64,000 bases of DNA, from NCBI GenBank assembly GCA_028285625.1, contig JANQOX010000025.1, positions 654,461 through 718,460 on the forward strand. Direction: 5' to 3'. Shown here one piece after another: positions 1 through 13,349 of the stretch. Under the pieces are notes generated by a model, which did no database searches, had not been told where the DNA came from, and saw only the letters and a list, made by a program, of their open reading frames with translations. A program made the position numbers and the translations under genes. The stretch is from Myxococcota bacterium (GTDB lineage: Bacteria > Myxococcota_A > UBA9160 > UBA6930). How positions within the stretch are numbered: position 1 is the stretch's first letter; the number at the start of each line of letters is the position of its first letter.

Positions 1-2196
1 GCCCGTTCGCTGCTCGGCCGCATCGACCCGGCCGCCCAGGCGCGCCTGGGCGAGCGGGTGGGCGACGACCCGGCCCTGCTGGGCGGCCCGCTCCACGCGG
101 TGATCGACGCGGGCTCGCTGCCCGCATTCACCGACGCCTTCCCCGACGCCCACGGGCGCGGGGTGCAGGTGGTCTCGCCGCTCACCGCCCGGCTGCTGTT
201 CGCCTACGGGGCCGCAGCGCCGGACCGCAAGGGCGAACTGCTCCAGGCCCTGCGCGAGGTCGTCGAGTCGGTGAACCTCACCGTCGACGCCGACGAACTG
301 TTCGCGCGCATGCTCGAGATCGCCATGGGCGTGACCGGTGCCGACGGCGGCTCGCTGATGCTGGTCGACCCCGCCCGCCGCGAGCTGCGTATCCGCGTGG
401 CCGTCGGCGTCGAGCCGGAGCTCTGGCCGAAGATCCGGGTGCCGCTGGGCGAAGGCGTCGCGGGGCGGGTCGCCGCCGACGCGCGACCGCTGAAGATCCG
501 CGGACCCGCCGACCGCAGCCACTTCCGGCTGCTCCGCGAACGGTTCGACGTGGAGTCGGCCCTGTGCGTTCCCCTCGTCCATGAGGCCCAGGTGCTGGGC
601 GTCTTGAACCTTCATCACAGCAGCCGGCCCGAGGCCTTCGACGACGACGACCTGGCCTTCGCCGAGGAGCTGGGCTCGCTGGACGCGCAGATCATCTCCC
701 GCGCCCAGGAGCACGAAGCCCTGCGTCGCGACGCGTCCCGCTACGCGGCCGTGCGCCAGGTGCGCCACGCCCTGTCGGGCGCAGCACCGCTCCTGGACCG
801 GCTGGGCGACCTCTGCCGCACCCTCGCCGAGCGCATCGGCGGGGGCGTGGTCTGCGTGCATCTCCACGACCCCGACGAGCGCGAACTGCGCTTCGCGGCC
901 ACCTCGCTGGCGGGGGGCGCCCTGGGAGGCGAGTACCGCGTGGCGCTGGGCGAGGGTCTCGAAGGCCGCGCCGCCCAGAGCCGCGAGCCCGTGTTCCTTC
1001 ACGCGCCCGACGGGACGCTCGGCTTCGCCGCCGTTCCGCTCGAGGCCGGAAGCGATCTCGTAGGCGTGCTGTCCGTCCAGGGCGGCGGGTCGGCCGACCC
1101 GGGGCTCGACGCGTCAGGCCCCGCGCTGGGTGCCGGGCGAGCGCTGGAAGAGACGCTGCTCGAGATCGCAGCGGCCGTCGCCGACGAGGTGGCCCAGGCC
1201 GAACGCGAAGCCCGCATGACCTCGCGCGCCACCAAGGTGTCCGCCATCAACGAGGCGGGCATCAAGCTCGTCTCGGCGCGAGACCCGGCCGAGGTCGCAC
1301 GGCTCTCCACGTCTTCGGGTGCGCTGATCCTCGAGGCGGACCACGCAGTCCTGAGACTCCAGGACCCCGAGACGCGCCGCTACGTGATCCGCTCGTACTA
1401 CGGTGCGGCCGACGGCCGCACCCAGGAGCGCCTCTTCCGCCTGGACAAGAACGTCTCGGTCGACACGCTCAAGGCGCGCGCCCCGCGCCTGGTGCGGCAC
1501 GTGCGCGACGTCGAGTCCTACGCCGCGGTCGACTCGGGCGTGCGATCGGTCCTGGCCGCGCCACTCGCGCGGGAGGGGCGCGCCATCGGCACGCTCGCGC
1601 TCTACGACAAGGTGCTGCCCGACGCGTTCCAGGCGGGCTCGTTCAACGACGACGACTTCCAGATCTTCACGCGCTGGGTGTCCTACGTGGAGCGTGCGCT
1701 CGACGGGGCGCTCTTCTGGTCGCGGGCGCGCCAACATCGCAACTTCGACGAAGAGACCGGGCTGCCCAACGCCGAATACCTGGAGCGCCGCATCGATCAG
1801 GAGATCGCGCGCCTGGCCGGCCGCAGCGGCGCTCTTTGCCTGGCGGTCTGTCGCATCGAGAACCTCGACGAGGTGCGCCGCGGCGCCGACGCGCTGCACG
1901 CCGAGCGCGTGGTGCTGCGTACGGCCGAAGCACTCCGCGCACACCTGCGCGACTTCGACGTACTGGCCCGCACCGGTGACGGCGAGTTCTCGGCCCTGCT
2001 CCCCGATCCCGGCTCCGCAGACGAGCGCGTCACGGCGCTCGCGCGCGCCGTGGCCGACGAGGTCGCCAAGGACGAGCGCTTGAACCGCCCGGTGCGGCTG
2101 GCGCTCGCCTTCGGGCATGCGCTGCACCCCGACCAGGCCGCCGACCGCGCCACGCTGCGCTCGCTCGCCGCCGAGCCGCGCATCCGCCTGCTCTAG
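1..2196 (+). CDS. Multi-GAF signalling protein with degenerate GGDEF-type C-terminal domain (5' partial)
   Basis: The frame is open and GC3-rich from nt 1, so the track start at 58 is probably internal. GAF-like repeats are followed by a GGDEF fold (ETGLPN...RDFDVLARTGDGEFSALL). Stop TAG at 2194-2196. Confidence 0.8.
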   Translation, partial: ARSLLGRIDPAAQARLGERVGDDPALLGGPLHAVIDAGSLPAFTDAFPDAHGRGVQVVSPLTARLLFAYGAAAPDRKGELLQALREVVESVNLTVDADELFARMLEIAMGVTGADGGSLMLVDPARRELRIRVAVGVEPELWPKIRVPLGEGVAGRVAADARPLKIRGPADRSHFRLLRERFDVESALCVPLVHEAQVLGVLNLHHSSRPEAFDDDDLAFAEELGSLDAQIISRAQEHEALRRDASRYAAVRQVRHALSGAAPLLDRLGDLCRTLAERIGGGVVCVHLHDPDERELRFAATSLAGGALGGEYRVALGEGLEGRAAQSREPVFLHAPDGTLGFAAVPLEAGSDLVGVLSVQGGGSADPGLDASGPALGAGRALEETLLEIAAAVADEVAQAEREARMTSRATKVSAINEAGIKLVSARDPAEVARLSTSSGALILEADHAVLRLQDPETRRYVIRSYYGAADGRTQERLFRLDKNVSVDTLKARAPRLVRHVRDVESYAAVDSGVRSVLAAPLAREGRAIGTLALYDKVLPDAFQAGSFNDDDFQIFTRWVSYVERALDGALFWSRARQHRNFDEETGLPNAEYLERRIDQEIARLAGRSGALCLAVCRIENLDEVRRGADALHAERVVLRTAEALRAHLRDFDVLARTGDGEFSALLPDPGSADERVTALARAVADEVAKDERLNRPVRLALAFGHALHPDQAADRATLRSLAAEPRIRLL

Positions 2197-2203
2197 CCCG
2201 ACC

Positions 2204-3325
2204 CTAGCCCCGGGCGCCCAGGATCTCTGCAAGGGGGCGCAGGGGAAGGCCGAGACTCTCGGCGACGCCCGGAGACGTGATTTCGCCCCGCCACAGGTTC
2301 ACCCCGTCGCGTAGGGCGGGGTCGTCGGCCAGCGCCGCCTCCAGTCCCTGGGCGGCGATGCGCTCGACGAAGGGCAGCGTCGTATTCGTGAGCGCCTGGG
2401 TCGAGGTGCGAGGCACCGCGCCGGGCATGTTGGCCACGCCGTAGTGCAGCACGTCGTGCACCCGGTAGGTCGGATCGCTGTGCGTGGTCGGCCGGATCGT
2501 CTCGACGCAGCCCCCCTGGTCGACGGCGACGTCCACCACGACCGATCCCGGCTCCATGGTGGCCACCATGGCTTCGGTGACCAGGGTCGGTGCCCTGCGA
2601 CCCTGGACGTAGACGGCGCCGATCAACACGTCCGTCTCGCGCACGGCGCGCGCCAGGTTCTGGCGGTTCGAGTAGAGCGTCGAGAGCTCGCCGCGGAAGA
2701 TGTCGTAGACGTAGGCGAGCCGCTTCAGGTCCACGTCGAGCACGTCCACCTCGGCACCGAGTGCGTGGGCCACGCGCACGGCGTTGATGCCCACGATGCC
2801 CGCGCCGATCACCGTCACCCGGCCGCGCGGCACCCCGGGCACACCCCCCACCAGCAGTCCCTTGCCACCGCGATTCTTCTGCAGGAGCGTGACGCCGATC
2901 TGCGCGGCCAGCCGACCGGCGACCTCGCTCATGGGCGCGAGCACCGGGAAGGTGCCGTCGGGATCGCGGATCGTCTCGTACGCGATGCCGACCACGCCGG
3001 CGTCGAGCAGCCGCGCCGTGAGCGCGGCGTCGGCCGCCAGATGCAGGTAGGTGAAGAGCGTCTGGCCCGAGCGCAGGTAGCCGAGCTCGGCAGGCTGGGG
3101 CTCCTTCACCTTCACCACGAGGTCCGGCGACGACCACGCCTCGTCGATGGCCACCAGGGCGGCGCCCGCCTGGCGGTAGTCTTCGTCGGCAAAGCCGCTG
3201 CCCAGGCCCGCGCCCCGCTCGACGAGCACGCGGTGCCCATCCTCCACGAGCTGGCCAGCGCCGTCGGGCGTCAGGCCGACGCGGTGCTCTTGATCCTTCG
3301 ACTCACGCGGGACGCCGATCTGCAT
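2204..3325 (-). CDS. ald: Alanine dehydrogenase
   Basis: 373 aa. N-terminus MQIGVPRESKDQEHRVGLTP and the Rossmann motif VIGAGIVG are typical of Ald. Confidence 0.9.
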   Translation of the reverse strand: MQIGVPRESKDQEHRVGLTPDGAGQLVEDGHRVLVERGAGLGSGFADEDYRQAGAALVAIDEAWSSPDLVVKVKEPQPAELGYLRSGQTLFTYLHLAADAALTARLLDAGVVGIAYETIRDPDGTFPVLAPMSEVAGRLAAQIGVTLLQKNRGGKGLLVGGVPGVPRGRVTVIGAGIVGINAVRVAHALGAEVDVLDVDLKRLAYVYDIFRGELSTLYSNRQNLARAVRETDVLIGAVYVQGRRAPTLVTEAMVATMEPGSVVVDVAVDQGGCVETIRPTTHSDPTYRVHDVLHYGVANMPGAVPRTSTQALTNTTLPFVERIAAQGLEAALADDPALRDGVNLWRGEITSPGVAESLGLPLRPLAEILGARG

Positions 3326-3396
3326 GCGGTGAGGGTACGCCCGTCTGGGGGGCCGCGTGAAGCGGCCCCCCAGATCGTCAGCGTCAGGGCCGAGCG

Positions 3397-4659
3397 CTAG
3401 CTCCGGTAGGCCTCGATCAGGATGTCGGCGATCTCCGGCCGCAGGATGCGCGGGTCGGGGCGCTCGCCCGAGCGCAGCAGCTCGCGCACCTTGGTGCCGC
3501 TGATCCCGTAGGGCTTCTCGTCCGGGTGGCTCTCGGTCAGATCGACCCGGCCGAGGGACTCGTAGAAGGCCGCGAATCCGATCTTGCAGGGCGAGATGTG
3601 CAGCTCGCCCGGCAGGTCGTCGAAGATGTCCTGGGCGTCGAAGTCGCCCCAGATCGCCTCGCCATCCTCATAGGGCGCGTCGGCGTGCTTGCGGCCGATC
3701 ACCAGATCGCTGAACCCGTAGTTCTGGCGATAGACCGCGTGCATCAGCGCCTCACTGGGGCCGCCGTAGAACATCTTGATGTCGAGACCGATCAGCTCGA
3801 AGACCTCCGAGATGTCGTAGCCCCGCTCCTTCCAGAGCGCCTCGTCCTTGTCGCCCTGGCCCAGCAGCCGGTCGTCGTGCAGCTTGCGGTAGCACGCCAT
3901 GCGCATGCTCGCGGGCACGTCGTCGCCCTTGAGCTCGCCGACCAGCGGGTTCAGCACGACGCCCGTGTAGTGGCCCGCCGCCGTCAGGCGCTCGGCCCCG
4001 GCCACCAGCGCGTACTCGTGGGCACGGTGCAGCGGGTTTCGCGTCTGGAACGCGAGGGCGCGCTGCCACTGCCGGTCGCGGATCAGCGCGCGCGTCATCA
4101 TCGGGCTCAGCATGTACTCGCCGTACTCGGCGTTGCGCGGCTGGGGCAGCACGCGGAGGTCGCCGCCCAGCAGCTTGGTGCGCGGGTCCGACTCGACCAT
4201 GCGGCCACCCGGGTGATCGAAGCGCTCGGTGCCGTAGACCTTCTGGACGAAGGCGTTCTTGTCGAAGTCGAAGACCTCGGCGTCCGAAAGCAACGCGATC
4301 ACGTCACCCTCTTCGGTGCGCAGCGCGGCCGTGCCTCCCGCGGTCAGCGCGGCGGCCTCTTCGTCGGTGACGGGCAGCGCCAGCGGGATGCCCCACGCGT
4401 ACCGCTTGCCGCCCGAGACGACGACCTTTTCGTCGAGAGCCAGCTGCCAGGCCTCTCGGCGCATCGGGCCCACCAGCGGCGAGAGCGCACCATCGGCGAT
4501 CCGGTAGACCGTGGAGAGGTCGGCGCGGCTCACCCGCACCGACGGCTTGCCTTCGGCCTCGGCAAGAAAGGCCTTCCGCTCGCTCAGCGGCACCGTGCGG
4601 TTGACGGGTGCGTCGAGGCCACCGTGGACGGGAACGAGGTCATGCTGTTGGGGACTCAT
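3397..4659 (-). CDS. sat: Sulfate adenylyltransferase (ATP sulfurylase, single-domain type)
   Basis: 420 aa. Has QTRNPLHRAHEYAL and the GRKHAD motif. AGGAG lies upstream of the ATG. Confidence 0.9.
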   Translation of the reverse strand: MSPQQHDLVPVHGGLDAPVNRTVPLSERKAFLAEAEGKPSVRVSRADLSTVYRIADGALSPLVGPMRREAWQLALDEKVVVSGGKRYAWGIPLALPVTDEEAAALTAGGTAALRTEEGDVIALLSDAEVFDFDKNAFVQKVYGTERFDHPGGRMVESDPRTKLLGGDLRVLPQPRNAEYGEYMLSPMMTRALIRDRQWQRALAFQTRNPLHRAHEYALVAGAERLTAAGHYTGVVLNPLVGELKGDDVPASMRMACYRKLHDDRLLGQGDKDEALWKERGYDISEVFELIGLDIKMFYGGPSEALMHAVYRQNYGFSDLVIGRKHADAPYEDGEAIWGDFDAQDIFDDLPGELHISPCKIGFAAFYESLGRVDLTESHPDEKPYGISGTKVRELLRSGERPDPRILRPEIADILIEAYRS

Positions 4660-4710
4660 CGGGAACTCCTGGTTGATTGGGGGGCGGCAGCGGGCGCGTC
4701 TGCGCCGAAG

Positions 4711-5715
4711 TCACCACGCGGGCTGGAAACCGTCGCCATCGAACACGAGGGGACGATCCCCGGTGCCGTCGATCGCGCGAATCCAGATCTTCTGTCGGCG
4801 TGTCTCCGTCTCTTCGACGTAGGCCACGAAGCGACCATCGGGAGAGACGGTCGGCTGATGTTCCTGGCGCGGGCTCTCGCCGAATCGGCGACGTCCCCCG
4901 CCGTCGGGTCGGATCTTGTAGAGCTTCCAGCCCTTGCGCGTCTTGGCGCTGTAGACCACCCAACGCCCGTCGGGCGTGAAAGTGGGCCGTCGCCCAGGGG
5001 CGAGCGTACGCGGCTCGCCGGGATCGCGGGGGTCGATCACCCTGAGGACCTCGCGCTTGCGATCCAGCATGCTGCGATAGACGAGATGCTCGCCGGTCGG
5101 CGACCAGGTGGGCTGGCCGTCGAAGGGCCCCGGCGTGACCGGCTGGGGAGGACCCCCGCCGGGTCGCCAGATGAAGACCCGCGAGCGGTTGTTCTCCACC
5201 GACGAGAAGGCGACGGAGCCGTCGGGCCCGAAGCACGCGTCGAGATGGTCTGCGTGCCGCGAGGTGACCGGTCGCACGTCGCCGGTGTCGCGATGCCACT
5301 CGAACACGTGGGGCTTGCCCCGCCGCACGTTCGTGAAGAGCAGGCGGGTGCGGTCCGGCGACCACGCCAGGGGCCGCGAGCCTTTCTTGGCGAACTCGGG
5401 CAGTTCGATCGCACGGGTCTGCGCGTCGAGGAGGGCCAGCCGGCCGAGGAGCCCCGCCGCACGATCTTCCTTGGTGTTGTAGAGGCCAAACAGCGACCCG
5501 ACGTCCTCGAGGCGAAAGGTCGCGTTCTGGGGATCCTTGACCTTGCCCTTCTCGGCGCGCTGCTTGAGCAGGTCCTGCACCAGCTCCACGTCCTGGGTGG
5601 TGCGATAGACGATGGCGATCGGTTCGGCCGGGAGATCCTCGTACTGGTACGAGGGCCCCGCACACGCGACGCCAAGCCAGGCACCCAGCACGACGAGAGT
5701 CCGCAGCGCACGCAT
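4711..5715 (-). CDS. TolB-like beta-propeller periplasmic (lipo)protein
   Basis: Internal ATG of the 547-aa track ORF. The signal peptide is MRALRTLVVLGAWLGVACAG. Repeated (S/T)PDG(R/E)xxV(Y/F) WD40-like TolB repeats follow. The upstream part of the track ORF overlaps the JAMM gene out of frame. Confidence 0.75.
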   Translation of the reverse strand: MRALRTLVVLGAWLGVACAGPSYQYEDLPAEPIAIVYRTTQDVELVQDLLKQRAEKGKVKDPQNATFRLEDVGSLFGLYNTKEDRAAGLLGRLALLDAQTRAIELPEFAKKGSRPLAWSPDRTRLLFTNVRRGKPHVFEWHRDTGDVRPVTSRHADHLDACFGPDGSVAFSSVENNRSRVFIWRPGGGPPQPVTPGPFDGQPTWSPTGEHLVYRSMLDRKREVLRVIDPRDPGEPRTLAPGRRPTFTPDGRWVVYSAKTRKGWKLYKIRPDGGGRRRFGESPRQEHQPTVSPDGRFVAYVEETETRRQKIWIRAIDGTGDRPLVFDGDGFQPAW

Positions 5716-5747
5716 TGCGCCGGTACCGCCTACGCCCAGAACCCTCG

Positions 5748-6251
5748 TCACGCGGGCATCACCTCCACGGCGCGCCCCTCGAAGCGACCCTGGCGGGCGT
5801 CCCAGCGAAAGGCCGCGACTTCTCGGACGACGCCCCCGGCCAGCGAGACCACGAAGTGCATGGCATCGGGGTACGGGAACTCGGGCGCGCGCACGAACTG
5901 CTGGTCCACCTCGGAGAAGTACGCGCCGGCCTCGACGTGGGAGTGGTAGACGGCGGTCACGCCCTGCCCGCTGGCTTCGGCCTTGGCGAGGATCGCCGCA
6001 TGGTCGCCCTCGTTCATGTGGAACGCATGGCGGCCATCTCGCGGGTGGCGTTCCGGGTCGTCGTGGTGGAGAAGGGTCATGTCGTTGCGGCAGCGGTGGG
6101 CCTGTTCGAAGCAGTCGGCCTTGGGACCGAGCAGCAGCCCGCAGCACTCCTCGGGAAGCGTCTCGAGGGCGTGGGACCGCATCTCGTTGAGCACCCGCAC
6201 CGGTACCCACGCGGGGGAGAGGTCCGGGTCGACGAAGATGCGATCGCTCAA
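5748..6251 (-). CDS. JAMM/MPN+ family metalloprotease
   Basis: 167 aa. Glu in PEECCGLLLG plus HSHVEAGAYFSEVD gives an E...HxH...S..D JAMM zinc site. Confidence 0.8.
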   Translation of the reverse strand: MSDRIFVDPDLSPAWVPVRVLNEMRSHALETLPEECCGLLLGPKADCFEQAHRCRNDMTLLHHDDPERHPRDGRHAFHMNEGDHAAILAKAEASGQGVTAVYHSHVEAGAYFSEVDQQFVRAPEFPYPDAMHFVVSLAGGVVREVAAFRWDARQGRFEGRAVEVMPA

Positions 6252-6467
6252 ACCAGGTCGGGGATGCGCCGAGAGCCGCGGATTCTAAGGGAAAAGACGG
6301 GGTTTCGCACGAGGCCGGGGAGAGGCCGTGGCCGGGCGCCCGTGGAGCTCCCATGCGGGCGGCGAGGCCCCATGAGGCCCGATTGACACTTCGAGCCCCG
6401 GCGGGGTACGGGTGGGTAGAGCCAGGGTTCCACGGTCCGCCGCCAGGCGGCGCGAAGGAGGCCCCCG

Positions 6468-7196
6468 ATGCACCGGCCCACCTCGCCGGCTCCGCTTCCC
6501 TGCCTGCCGGGTCTGCTCGCCCTGCTCGTGGCGGCCACGTGGGCGGGCCCCGCCGCCGGTGCCTCGATCCCGGTGGTGAACCCCTCGTTCGAAGCCCCGC
6601 TCGTCGGCGACGGCACCTTCGCAGCCTCTCCGCCTGGCGTGGGCTGGCAGTTCTTCGGCAACGCGCTGGCAGGGGACCCCGGGATCCAGAACCCGGGAGA
6701 CGTCGAATTCACCGGTGCCTCGGACCAGACGCCCGACCTCGACACCACCATCCCGGACGGCCGCAACACGGGCTACCTGAACAACCTGACCGTCATCCGG
6801 CAGGTGCTCACCTCGTCCTTCAAGGCGGACCGGACCTACACCTTCTCGCTCCAGGCCGGCTGGCGCCTGGAGTCGTTCGTCGGGGCGCCCACCTTCGAGC
6901 TGCTCCTGTTGCGCGGGGACACACTGGCTCCGCTGGCGAGCCGCCAGGTCACCCTCGCGCTGCGCGACCTCTTCACACCGCATTCGGTGTCGTTCGCCGC
7001 CGGGGCGGCCGAGGCCGGGCTTCCGATCGCCATCGAGATGCGCTCGCTCGACGCCACGCCGAGCGTCTTCACCCAGGCCAACTTCGACTCGGTGGCGGTC
7101 TCGGCCGTTCCCGAGGCCCGGGCCCACGCGGCGACCCTGGCGGGAGCCCTCGCCTTCGCCTGGACGGCGCGCCGAAGGCGACCGTCCCGGCGCTGA
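6468..7196 (+). CDS. Secreted PEP-CTERM-type sorting-signal protein
   Basis: Strong SD (GAAGGAGG) upstream and an N-terminal signal peptide. The C-terminus VPEARAHAATLAGALAFAWTARRRR reads as VPE(P)-like motif + TM + Arg cluster. Confidence 0.75.
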   Translation: MHRPTSPAPLPCLPGLLALLVAATWAGPAAGASIPVVNPSFEAPLVGDGTFAASPPGVGWQFFGNALAGDPGIQNPGDVEFTGASDQTPDLDTTIPDGRNTGYLNNLTVIRQVLTSSFKADRTYTFSLQAGWRLESFVGAPTFELLLLRGDTLAPLASRQVTLALRDLFTPHSVSFAAGAAEAGLPIAIEMRSLDATPSVFTQANFDSVAVSAVPEARAHAATLAGALAFAWTARRRRPSRR

Positions 7197-7205
7197 GCCG
7201 GCCCG

Positions 7206-7658
7206 TCAGATGTGCCACATCCGCGTGTCCTCGTGGGCGCGCGGGACCCCGCCGGCCGCCGCTTCGTTGCACAGCCGCTCGAGGTCGAAGTCGGAGAGCG
7301 TGTCGGCGATCCGGTCGCCGAGCGCCGGCCACAGGAATGCCGGGCGCTCTGCCGGCGCACGGTCGCGCGGGGGCGGGCCTGCGGCGATGCGCGGCGCCAC
7401 CGGGCCCTCGAGTGCCTCGAGGATGTCTTGCAGCGTGATCTCCGAGGGATGGCGCGCGAGGACGTAGCCCCCACCCGGCCCTCGCTTGCCGCGGACCAGG
7501 CGCGCGCGGCGCAGGCGCTGGAAGATCTGCTCCAGGTAGCGGGCGGGGATGCGCTGGCGCTCACCGACCACGCGCACCTGCACCGGGCGCCCCTCGCCGT
7601 TGTAGGCCAGGTCGAACATTCCGCAGATGGCGTACTGGGCCTTGAGCGACATGCGCAT
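7206..7658 (-). CDS. Rrf2 family transcriptional regulator (no Fe-S Cys triad)
   Basis: Only the last 150 codons of the 801-aa track ORF are used. MRMSLKAQYAICGMFDLAY...IPARYLEQIFQRLRRARLVRGKRGPGGGYVLAR is a typical Rrf2 wHTH. The rest of that ORF is antisense to the helicase. Confidence 0.85.
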   Translation of the reverse strand: MRMSLKAQYAICGMFDLAYNGEGRPVQVRVVGERQRIPARYLEQIFQRLRRARLVRGKRGPGGGYVLARHPSEITLQDILEALEGPVAPRIAAGPPPRDRAPAERPAFLWPALGDRIADTLSDFDLERLCNEAAAGGVPRAHEDTRMWHI

Positions 7659-7790
7659 GCGGCCGGCAACATAGCCCTCGGCCGCGGGGCGGTGGGAACG
7701 ATGGCGCCGCCGTGAGCGCGCTGGCTTTCTTTGGGTGGAGCGACCCGCTAGGGTGGCCATACCCCCCGGATCCCACGACATCCCCGGTTC

Positions 7791-10910
<3,120 letters not shown>

Positions 10911-10958
10911 CAGGGAACGCTGGCCGCGCGTGGCGGGCCGTGTCTGCTCGGGCGGCCC

Positions 10959-11285
10959 CTAGTGGCGGACCGAGCGTTCTCGCAGTCGGCCGTCGAGCAG
11001 GTCGAAATAGAGCAGCACGAGCACGTGGCGAAGCTCGGGGTCGAGTCGCGCCATCTCCCGGCGTCCGGCTCCGGCGTCGGGCTGCGAGAGCACGCCGCGC
11101 AGAGCCGCATGGATGTCGTCTACACGGCCGTCGACCGCGCTGCGCAGCGACTCGGCATCCTGGCGGAAGGCCTCGGTGATCCAGGGCCGCTCGAACAGCG
11201 GGTGGAGGCCCCGCTCGCCGATCTCGAGGAGATTCTCGGTGTCCACTCCGGTCTCATCGGCGCATCCCGAGCGGAGGTTGAACAC
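10959..11285 (-). CDS. Hypothetical small protein
   Basis: The minus-strand frame has high GC3. The track ORF start would run into the ABC-F gene, so I chose the GTG at 11285 (a TTG at 11288 is also possible). No recognisable motif. Confidence 0.4.
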   Translation of the reverse strand: MFNLRSGCADETGVDTENLLEIGERGLHPLFERPWITEAFRQDAESLRSAVDGRVDDIHAALRGVLSQPDAGAGRREMARLDPELRHVLVLLYFDLLDGRLRERSVRH

Positions 11286-11350
11286 CAACCGGCCCGGAGG
11301 GCCGGCCCCCGGGGCTCGCCGGCCGCGGCGGTCGGTTAGTCTCCCGGGCC

Positions 11351-13324
11351 ATGCTGCTCCGGCTCGAGGACGTGGTGCGCCGCATCGGGATCCGCACGCT
11401 CTTCGAGGGCGTGAGCCTTCACGTACGCGCCGGAGACCGTATCGGCCTCGTCGGCCCCAACGGAGCCGGCAAGACCACCCTGCTCCGGATTGCCGCCGGC
11501 ATCGACGAGCCCGACGCAGGCCGGCGCAGCACGTCACGCGGCGTGCGCATCGGCATGCTGGGTCAGGAGGTCGACCCCACCCGCACGAATAGCGTGCGTG
11601 AAGAAGCCGCCACCGCGCTCGCCCATCTCGATGCGCTGGAACGCGAACTGCGTTCGCTCGAGGCCCAGATGGCGGCCGACTCGGGTGCGGTGCAGGCGAG
11701 CCTGGCGGATCGCTACGACACGCTCCAGCAGCGCTTTGCCCGGGACGGTGGGTTCGAGCGCGAGGCTCGGATCGAGCGCGTGCTGTCGGGCCTGGGCTTC
11801 GCCGAAGAGGTACGAGACCGGCCGCTCCGCACGTTCAGCGGGGGCTGGTTGATGCGCGTGGAGCTGGCCAAGCTGCTGCTCGCCGAGCCCGACGTGCTGC
11901 TCCTCGACGAGCCCACCAACCACCTGGACATCCCCTCGATCCAGTGGTTCGAGGAGACCCTGGCCGCCTTCGAGGGCGGCATCGTGACCATCTCCCACGA
12001 CCGCGCCTTCCTGCGGCGCAACACCACCTCGATCGCAGAGCTCGAAAACGCGCGCTTCACGCTCTACGCGGGCGGCTACGACCGCTACCTCACCGAGCGT
12101 GCCCAGCGGCGCGAGGAACTGCTGGCGCGCAAGAAGAGTCAGGACCGCAAGGTGGCCGAGACCGAGCGGTTCATCGAACGCTTCCGCTACAAGGCGAGCA
12201 AGGCCCGGCAGGTCCAGAGCCGCGTGAAGGCCCTCGAGAAGCTCGACCGGGTGGAGCTGCTCGACGACGACCGGCGCCGGATCCGGCTGCGCATCCCCGA
12301 GCCGCCGCGCGCCGGCGAGGTGCCGATCGCGCTCGAGGCCATCCACAAGCGCTTCGGCGACACGGTCGTGTACGAGGGCGTGGACTTCCGGATGCGGCGC
12401 GGTGACCGGGTGGCCCTGGTCGGGCCGAACGGGGCAGGCAAGAGCACGCTGCTCCGCATCCTCGCGGGCGTCCTGCCCTTCGACGACGGCGACCGCTCGC
12501 TGGGCCACCGCGTCGAGGTGGCGTTCTACGCGCAGCATCAGCTCGATGAGCTCGAGGCCGATCACACCGTGCTGGGCTCGCTGGAATCGATCGCGAGCAC
12601 GGAGGACGTGCCGCGCCTGCGGAGTCATCTGGGCGCGTTCCTGTTCACGGGGGACGACGTCGACAAGAAGGTGTCGGTGCTCTCCGGCGGCGAGAAGGCG
12701 CGGCTCGCCCTGGCGCGCATGCTGCTGCGCCCAGCGAACGTGCTGGTGCTCGACGAGCCCACCAACCACCTGGACATCGCCGCCTGCGAGGTGCTCGAGG
12801 ACGCCTTGTCGGCCTACGTCGGCACCCTCGCCTTCATCAGCCACGATCGCGACTTCATCGACGCCCTGGCCACGAAGGTCGTCGAGGTACGCGACGGCGA
12901 GCTGCGCGAATTTCTCGGCAACTATGCCCACTACCACGAGCGCACCACCGCCCCCGCGAACGACGCTCGCGACGGCACGGCCAAGGCCAAGGAGAATGCG
13001 GAGGACGTACCCGCCGCGGAGGAGGCACCCACGGCCGCGCCCGCCGACAGCAAGGCGGCCCGTGCCCGGGAACGCGAGCGCCGCAAGCGACGCGACAAGA
13101 CCGGCCGCCGCATCGAGAAGATCGAGGCGGAGATCCTCGAGAAGGAACAGGCGGTCGCCGCCCTCGAACTGCGGCTCGGCGACCCCGACGTCTACCGCGA
13201 CGGCGAGGCGGTCGCGCGGATCCAGGCCGATCGCGATGCCGCGCGCGAAGAGGTCGCCACGCGCTATCGCGAGTGGGAGCGCCTGGCCGCCGAGCTCGAG
13301 TCGCTCGACGATGCGCCCGACTAG
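11351..13324 (+). CDS. ABC-F family ATPase (Uup/YheS-like, no TM domain)
   Basis: 657 aa. It has two NBDs (GPNGAGKTT / [13 protein letters not shown] signatures twice) and a charged coiled-coil tail. Confidence 0.9.
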   Translation: MLLRLEDVVRRIGIRTLFEGVSLHVRAGDRIGLVGPNGAGKTTLLRIAAGIDEPDAGRRSTSRGVRIGMLGQEVDPTRTNSVREEAATALAHLDALERELRSLEAQMAADSGAVQASLADRYDTLQQRFARDGGFEREARIERVLSGLGFAEEVRDRPLRTFSGGWLMRVELAKLLLAEPDVLLLDEPTNHLDIPSIQWFEETLAAFEGGIVTISHDRAFLRRNTTSIAELENARFTLYAGGYDRYLTERAQRREELLARKKSQDRKVAETERFIERFRYKASKARQVQSRVKALEKLDRVELLDDDRRRIRLRIPEPPRAGEVPIALEAIHKRFGDTVVYEGVDFRMRRGDRVALVGPNGAGKSTLLRILAGVLPFDDGDRSLGHRVEVAFYAQHQLDELEADHTVLGSLESIASTEDVPRLRSHLGAFLFTGDDVDKKVSVLSGGEKARLALARMLLRPANVLVLDEPTNHLDIAACEVLEDALSAYVGTLAFISHDRDFIDALATKVVEVRDGELREFLGNYAHYHERTTAPANDARDGTAKAKENAEDVPAAEEAPTAAPADSKAARARERERRKRRDKTGRRIEKIEAEILEKEQAVAALELRLGDPDVYRDGEAVARIQADRDAAREEVATRYREWERLAAELESLDDAPD

Positions 13325-13349
13325 CCCGCGACCGCGCCTCCACGCTTCG

